Assembly: GCA_964521525.1 (NCBI GenBank)
Contig: CAZFTD010000001.1
Coordinates: 11,630-75,629 of the forward strand
Source of the DNA: an uncultured Marinilabiliaceae bacterium
GTDB taxonomy: Bacteria; Bacteroidota; Bacteroidia; Bacteroidales; Marinilabiliaceae
DNA: 64,000 bases
Direction: 5' to 3'
Under the pieces are notes generated by a model. It did no database searches and had not been told where the DNA came from. It saw only the letters and a program-made list of their open reading frames with translations. How positions within the stretch are numbered: position 1 is the stretch's first letter; every line of letters starts with the position of its first letter. Shown here piece after piece: positions 58,890-64,000 of this stretch. Both the position numbers and the translations under genes were made by a program.

Positions 58890-60347
58890 TTACTTTTTAT
58901 AACCCCTGAGTTTTTGCAAAACAGAAAACATCTCCTTATTTACAAAGCCAAATAAAAACAATACACCGATAAAGAGAATAAGTACAACTCCTTTAACGAG
59001 CCATCCGGTTAACAAAGGCAAATGTTGCAACTGGATAGCACCATAACAAATAGCACCCCAAACCACAACAAGTAACAAATACTTCACAGCAGGGAAAGAG
59101 ATGTTTTCAAGTTTTTTAACCGCATAAATAAACCAGAGAAGTGCAAACAATTGAGAAAACAAAGTGGATACAGAGGCTCCGGTTTTTCCATATTCCGGAA
59201 CCAGTAAAAAATTGGCAGCTATATTGATAACAGCGCTCAGCACCAAAATAAATGATATAATTCTGGTTTTTTTGTGTTTATTAAGCGGCAATGTAAACAA
59301 TTGGCGCAAACCGGAGAAAATAAGGCCGGCAATTATAATGGGCACTAAAAAAACCGAAGCCTGAAAAAATTCACTTCCCATTGAGACCACATAAACAATT
59401 TCGGGCGAAAACAGAACAATTCCAAGGCCTCCAATGGTTAACAAAACAATATAAAGATTTGTAAACTTCCGGAAAAAGGCCATACTATCACTGTTGTGCA
59501 GGGTTTTAAAAAAATAGTTGGAGTAGGAAGTTATCAAACTGGCCACCACCACCATCTGTAACAAATTGGCTACTTTAAAGGCCATGCCGTAACCGGCCAC
59601 TTCGCCCAGGTTTTGGTATTGATTAATGATGTGCCTGTCGCTCAGCGTTAAAACGGTGGTTAAAATATTGGAAATGGCCAGAGGCAACCCGTACTGAATC
59701 ATTTCTTTTAAAATGCCTTTTAAAAACAGAGGCTTCATATTGGCCACCATCATGGGTAGCATGGCCAGTAAGGTTATCAAATGTGCCAGCATTTGTGCCT
59801 GATAAATGCCTTTAATGCCAGCCTCCCTAACTTCCAGAAAATAGAATGTAAAACCAAGCAGTAAAACAATGTTGAGTGTAGTCCAAACAGTTTGTTGAAC
59901 CGCCTTTTGTTCCAATTTAAGCTGATAAAAAGGGACATCGTACAACAATCGGAAAAATGTTCCACTTAAGAAATAAAAAATAGTGGACGATTCTATGCTG
60001 TATTGGAAAATGACATCGCTAAAAAAATAAATGGCGGTTCCTGTAATTAAAACAGAGATGAAACTTGTGAAAAAATTAAAACTCCAGGCAGTAAAAAAAA
60101 GTTGTTTTTTTTCGAGGCGTGTTTTCATTTCGTGGTACCAACGGGTGAATCCACCTTTTACGCCCCATCCCGAAAGAATTAAAATAAACTGAAAAATGGT
60201 TTCAAACAGGGTAACAACTCCAAATTCATCATCATTTATATAATTCAGATAAAGTGGGATAAGAATAACGCCGCTCAGCTTGGTAATAGTATTGCCAATG
60301 CTGTATATGAACGATTGCTTAAATACAAAGCGGGTTTGATTTTGCAT
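58890..60347 (-). CDS. MOP/Wzx-type polysaccharide flippase
   Basis: 485 aa with about 12-14 TM segments. N-terminal FIYSIGNTITKLSGVILIPLY is typical of the polysaccharide biosynthesis protein family. Confidence 0.7.
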   Translation of the reverse strand: MQNQTRFVFKQSFIYSIGNTITKLSGVILIPLYLNYINDDEFGVVTLFETIFQFILILSGWGVKGGFTRWYHEMKTRLEKKQLFFTAWSFNFFTSFISVLITGTAIYFFSDVIFQYSIESSTIFYFLSGTFFRLLYDVPFYQLKLEQKAVQQTVWTTLNIVLLLGFTFYFLEVREAGIKGIYQAQMLAHLITLLAMLPMMVANMKPLFLKGILKEMIQYGLPLAISNILTTVLTLSDRHIINQYQNLGEVAGYGMAFKVANLLQMVVVASLITSYSNYFFKTLHNSDSMAFFRKFTNLYIVLLTIGGLGIVLFSPEIVYVVSMGSEFFQASVFLVPIIIAGLIFSGLRQLFTLPLNKHKKTRIISFILVLSAVINIAANFLLVPEYGKTGASVSTLFSQLFALLWFIYAVKKLENISFPAVKYLLLVVVWGAICYGAIQLQHLPLLTGWLVKGVVLILFIGVLFLFGFVNKEMFSVLQKLRGYKK

Positions 60348-60454
60348 CAGGAGTTGTTTATTGCTACAAAATTAAAACTTTTGTGGTTATCTTTACATCT
60401 GTTTTTACTCTATACCCGTATTTGATAATTATTATCTGTTAACCAATTGTTTTG

Positions 60455-61471
60455 ATGACTCAATCTCCCATTCGTTTTGGAATTATTGGCTGTGGCCGTA
60501 TAGCCCAGCGTCATGCCCAGCATATTGCCAACAACGGCCGGTTAGTGGCCGCCTGCGACATCATTCCCGAGAAATCCCAATTACTGGCTTCCCAGTATCA
60601 GGCTCAGGCATTCAATAATTTAGAGCAGTTTTTAACTGCCAACCAGGGGAAAATGGATGTGGTTTCTATTTGTTCGCCCAACGGTTTGCACGCCGAACAA
60701 ACCATTGCAGCCTTGCGTGCCGGTTATCATGTATTGTGCGAAAAACCCATGGCCATTACTGTGGAAGATTGCGGGCGCATGATTAATGAGGCCGAACGAG
60801 CCAACAAACGACTGTTTATTGTTAAGCAAAACCGTTTTAATCCGCCCATTGAAGCGTTAAAACAGGCTATTGAGGAGAATCGTTTGGGAAAAATATACAG
60901 CGTACAGCTCAGCTGCTTCTGGAACCGCAACGAAAAATACTACAGCGAAAGCAATTGGAAAGGAACGAGCGCCATGGATGGCGGAACACTGTTTACCCAG
61001 TTCAGCCATTTTATTGATTTGCTTTATTGGCTTATTGGCGATATTAAAAAGGTTTATCCCATTGTACGCAATTTTGCACATCAGCAAATTATCGACTTTG
61101 AAGATACCGGTGTGGTAGCCGTTGAGTTTTACAATGGCGCCATTGGAACCATTAATTACACTGTTAACAGCTACAAAAAGAATATGGAGGGCTCCATTAC
61201 GCTTTTTGGTGAAAAGGGAACGGTAAAAGTTGGGGGGCAGTACCTGAACGAATTGGAATACCAGAATATTGAGGGGTATACCATTGAAAACCTGCGCGAA
61301 AGCGGTAAACCCAACGATTATGGCGACTACCAGGGTTCTATGTCGAACCACGATAAGGTTTATGAAAATCTGGTGGCCGTACTTACCCATCACGGAATTA
61401 TTGCCACTAACGGGTTCGAAGGTTTGAAAACCGTTGAAATTATTGATAAAATATATTCATCAGCCAAGTAA
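60455..61471 (+). CDS. Gfo/Idh/MocA-family sugar-nucleotide dehydrogenase (WbpB-like)
   Basis: IRFGIIGCGRIAQRH Rossmann motif and EKPMA. Sits next to an LbH acetyltransferase and a DegT aminotransferase. Confidence 0.75.
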   Translation: MTQSPIRFGIIGCGRIAQRHAQHIANNGRLVAACDIIPEKSQLLASQYQAQAFNNLEQFLTANQGKMDVVSICSPNGLHAEQTIAALRAGYHVLCEKPMAITVEDCGRMINEAERANKRLFIVKQNRFNPPIEALKQAIEENRLGKIYSVQLSCFWNRNEKYYSESNWKGTSAMDGGTLFTQFSHFIDLLYWLIGDIKKVYPIVRNFAHQQIIDFEDTGVVAVEFYNGAIGTINYTVNSYKKNMEGSITLFGEKGTVKVGGQYLNELEYQNIEGYTIENLRESGKPNDYGDYQGSMSNHDKVYENLVAVLTHHGIIATNGFEGLKTVEIIDKIYSSAK

Positions 61472-61472
61472 A

Positions 61473-61937
61473 ATGGCCCAACCGATTCTTTTAAAAACGG
61501 GCATACGCCAAGTGTTGTTTGGCGATAATGTTAAGGTGGTAGAACCTGCTAACCTTTACGAATGTACCATTGGCGATAACTGCTTTATTGGCCCATACAC
61601 CGAAATTCAAAAAGGCGTTGAAATTGGTGCGTACACCAGAATACAATCGCATACCTTTATTTGCGAGTTGGTTTCCATTGGCAATCATTGCTTTGTTGGG
61701 CATGGAGTTATGTTTATTAACGATTTATTTCAGTCGGGTGCTCCGGCAGGTGGCGACCAGTTGAAATGGAAAGCCACCAAAATTGGCAACCATGTTTCAA
61801 TAGGTTCCAATGCCACCATTCTTCCTGTTTCCATTTGCGACCATGTGGTGATTGGTGCCGGGGCTGTTGTTACCAAAGACATTGACAAACCGGGTATTTA
61901 TGCAGGTAACCCTGCCAGGTTTTTGCGCCCTGTTTAG
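61473..61937 (+). CDS. Left-handed beta-helix acetyltransferase (WbpD-like)
   Basis: Start moved to the ATG at 61473. Hexapeptide repeats (IGDNCFIG, IGAYTRIQ, IGNHCFVG, IGSNATI, IGAGAVV). Confidence 0.75.
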   Translation: MAQPILLKTGIRQVLFGDNVKVVEPANLYECTIGDNCFIGPYTEIQKGVEIGAYTRIQSHTFICELVSIGNHCFVGHGVMFINDLFQSGAPAGGDQLKWKATKIGNHVSIGSNATILPVSICDHVVIGAGAVVTKDIDKPGIYAGNPARFLRPV

Positions 61938-61977
61938 CCCTATTTATTCATTTGCCATTCTATTTAATTTCATTTTA

Positions 61978-63093
61978 ATGCAAAAGATACTGCTTACCGA
62001 CCTACACCGCCAATACAACGAATTAAAATCTGAAATAGATGAAGCAATACATCAGGTAATTGCTCAAAAAAGCTTTATTAGAGGCCCTTTTGTTGACCAA
62101 TTTGAAGCCAACTTTGCCAAAGCAACCGGTATAAAGCATGTGGCAGGCGTAGGCAATGGAACCGATGCCTTGTTTATAGCCCTGAAAATTCTCGGAATTA
62201 AACAAGGCGATGAAGTAATTACTGCTGCCAACTCATTTATAGCTACTTCAGAAGCTATTACTATGACCGGAGCTAGTGTTGTATTTGCCGATTGTGACGA
62301 TTATTACACTATTGACCCAATTGATATTAAACAGAAAATAACATCAAAAACCAAGGCCATTGTGCCGGTTCATTTGTATGGGCAACCGTCCAATATGGAT
62401 GCCATAATGGAAATTGCCAAACAACACAATCTTTTTGTAGTTGAAGATGCTGCCCAATCGGTACTGGCCGAATACAACGGTTTACAAACAGGTAATTTTG
62501 GCGATTTTGCTACTTTCAGTTTTTTCCCTGGTAAAAATTTGGGCGCATATGGCGATGCCGGGGCACTTGTTTCCAATAATGATGAGCTGTTTCAGAAAGC
62601 AAAAATGTTTGCCAATCATGGGCGTATCAATAAATACGACCACGAGTTTGAAGGCATAAACAGCAGAATGGATGGCATTCAGGGGGCCATATTGAATGTA
62701 AAACTTAAATACCTGCCTCAATGGACTAACCGCAGACGAACCATTGCGGCTTTGTATTCAGAGCTGCTGGCATCGGTGCCCGAAGTTGTGTTACCAGGCG
62801 AGCGTCCTGACACCAAACATGTTTATCATATATACCCCATCAGGGTTGAGGCTGCAGTGCGCGGTGCCCTGTTGACATTTTTAAAGGATAAGGGCATTGA
62901 AGCAGGCGTTCATTACCCCATTGCGTTGCCAAATTTGCAGGCTTATCGGCATCTCAACCATCGTCCCGAAGATTTTCCAAAATCAACACAGTTTTCGAAG
63001 CAATTAATCAGTTTGCCCATTTTTGCCGAACTTACCAATGAAGAGGTAGAATACATAACTGTTCAGATAAAGAAATTTTTCAATCGCCAATGA
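61978..63093 (+). CDS. DegT/DnrJ/EryC1-family PLP aminotransferase (WbpE-like)
   Basis: Start moved to the ATG at 61978 (MQKILLTDLHRQY). FIRGPFV, GNGTDAL, DAAQS, and SFFPGKNLGAYGDAG (PLP Lys). Confidence 0.85.
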   Translation: MQKILLTDLHRQYNELKSEIDEAIHQVIAQKSFIRGPFVDQFEANFAKATGIKHVAGVGNGTDALFIALKILGIKQGDEVITAANSFIATSEAITMTGASVVFADCDDYYTIDPIDIKQKITSKTKAIVPVHLYGQPSNMDAIMEIAKQHNLFVVEDAAQSVLAEYNGLQTGNFGDFATFSFFPGKNLGAYGDAGALVSNNDELFQKAKMFANHGRINKYDHEFEGINSRMDGIQGAILNVKLKYLPQWTNRRRTIAALYSELLASVPEVVLPGERPDTKHVYHIYPIRVEAAVRGALLTFLKDKGIEAGVHYPIALPNLQAYRHLNHRPEDFPKSTQFSKQLISLPIFAELTNEEVEYITVQIKKFFNRQ

Positions 63094-64000
63094 GCATTCG
63101 TTTCCTGAAAATATCTAATTACTACCGCGATTTTCTGGATGATTATTACAACAGGCATCCGCAGGTAAAAAATTTAAGCTATGCCGATCAATACCAGCAC
63201 CTAATGCATCAGTATTTTGCGTGGTCCGACAATTATGGCAGACTATTGAAATCTAAAGGATTGGAAACCATGGAAATTATCGGCAACGCCGGTTGGATGC
63301 AAAAAGCCTGGGCGGCTGAAAATGGAGTTAATCCAATGGCCACGGCCGAAGAAATAGTATTGAACCAAATATTTAAGTTTAATCCTGAAGTGATATATTT
63401 TCAGGATAGTATAACTTACAATGGTGCTTTTATTGCTCGTTTAAAGAGCCAATTGCCACAATTAAAACTTTGTATAGGTAATATTTGTGCCCCTTTTGGT
63501 TCTGGGCAGATAGAAGCATTTCAAGCTTTTGATTACTTCACCGTTTGTTCTCCATTCTTTAAAAGTCAGTTATCGCGCTTTGGCATTGATAGTGTCATAA
63601 TCCCTCATGCCTTTGATGCGCGCATTTTGCCGGCCATGGCACATGATAATTCTTATCCTGAAACGCCACTCATTTTTTTGGGCTCTCTGTTTGCCGATGA
63701 AGGCTTTCATAGTTTGCGCCGTCAAATTCTTGAAAGTTTGGTTAAAGAAAATATTCCCTTTAGTTTTTATGGTAATCTGCCCGACCGAAGCCGCATTGGA
63801 TTGTTGAAAAAGCAGGCCTCGTTTATAGCTTCACGATTACTCGATAATATGGGGCTAAAACGTGTCACCGATTCGATACATTTGTTGCGTAAAGGCCGAA
63901 ACCATGACTCTATGCCCCGTTCCTTGAAAATCTCCAACCAGTTGTACAAAATGGCGCAGCGTCCACTTTTCGGACTTGAGATGTTTAAGGCCTTATCAAA
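63090..64000 (+). CDS. Putative CgeB-like glycosyltransferase, 3' end outside the window (missing from the supplied ORF track)
   Basis: ATGA overlap with the preceding stop. I translated 303 codons to the window edge without a stop (MSIRFLKISNYYRDFLDDYY...IFLGSLFADEGFHSLRRQILESL...). The product call is tentative. Confidence 0.6.
   Translation, partial: MSIRFLKISNYYRDFLDDYYNRHPQVKNLSYADQYQHLMHQYFAWSDNYGRLLKSKGLETMEIIGNAGWMQKAWAAENGVNPMATAEEIVLNQIFKFNPEVIYFQDSITYNGAFIARLKSQLPQLKLCIGNICAPFGSGQIEAFQAFDYFTVCSPFFKSQLSRFGIDSVIIPHAFDARILPAMAHDNSYPETPLIFLGSLFADEGFHSLRRQILESLVKENIPFSFYGNLPDRSRIGLLKKQASFIASRLLDNMGLKRVTDSIHLLRKGRNHDSMPRSLKISNQLYKMAQRPLFGLEMFKALS

Noticed and set aside
60857-61393. A 178-aa reverse-strand ORF, together with the many other 60-150-aa ORFs antisense to or nested in large genes (e.g. 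974-1231, 5110-5457, 9024-9467, 23372-23749, 56120-56476).
   Set aside because: All lie fully inside well-supported genes on the other strand or in another frame. They have no recognisable motifs and show low-complexity or odd composition. I treat them as shadow ORFs.
1-64000. CRISPR arrays, tRNA/rRNA/tmRNA genes, integrases, phage or plasmid modules, and toxin-antitoxin or known defence-system genes.
   Set aside because: Scanning the intergenic regions and the translations by eye showed no regularly spaced direct repeats, no tRNA-like GC-rich cloverleaf segments, and no recombinase, Cas or phage structural motifs. Absence is judged by eye only.

Overview
AT-rich bacterial chromosomal segment. 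I support about 58 protein-coding genes and found no rRNA, tRNA, CRISPR array, transposase or prophage genes. The gene content points to Bacteroidota, which is an inference: a nuclease with a T9SS-type C-terminal sorting tail, the dut / TPR lipoprotein / DUF4292-like / M23 peptidase block, many lipobox lipoproteins, and a DUF2339-DUF3999 pair. Layout: (i) 962-10215 is a complete chemotaxis-type operon (MCP, STAS, CheY, Hpt, CheA, 2x CheW, CheR, a kinase paralogue lacking its phospho-acceptor His, CheD, CheB). (ii) 10681-22306 (possibly to 23846) is a second, tightly coupled operon and the most unusual feature of the window. It combines three paralogous GAF sensors, two CheR-type methyltransferases, a receiver-less CheB-type methylesterase, a PP2C phosphatase, a SiaB-like kinase, a SiaC-like (DUF1987) protein and a large ABCG-type transporter. 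It has no MCP, CheA, CheW or GGDEF output. (iii) 23939-54826 is mostly housekeeping (hemW, rpiB, nadA, ruvB, dut, ybeY, mnmG, ade, uvrC, lplA, dtd, deoC and others). (iv) 55067-64000 holds a large PAS-rich sensor kinase and a polysaccharide locus (flippase, WbpB/D/E-like enzymes, glycosyltransferase). Outside the genes, a previously unannotated repeat family (5' box ATGAAACGAG, a CGAGTTC box, and hairpins with compensatory substitutions) occurs at four loci, always co-oriented with the next gene. Two near-identical 16-bp CACGTG-centred palindromes are also present. All product calls come from reading motifs in the supplied translations. No database search was run.
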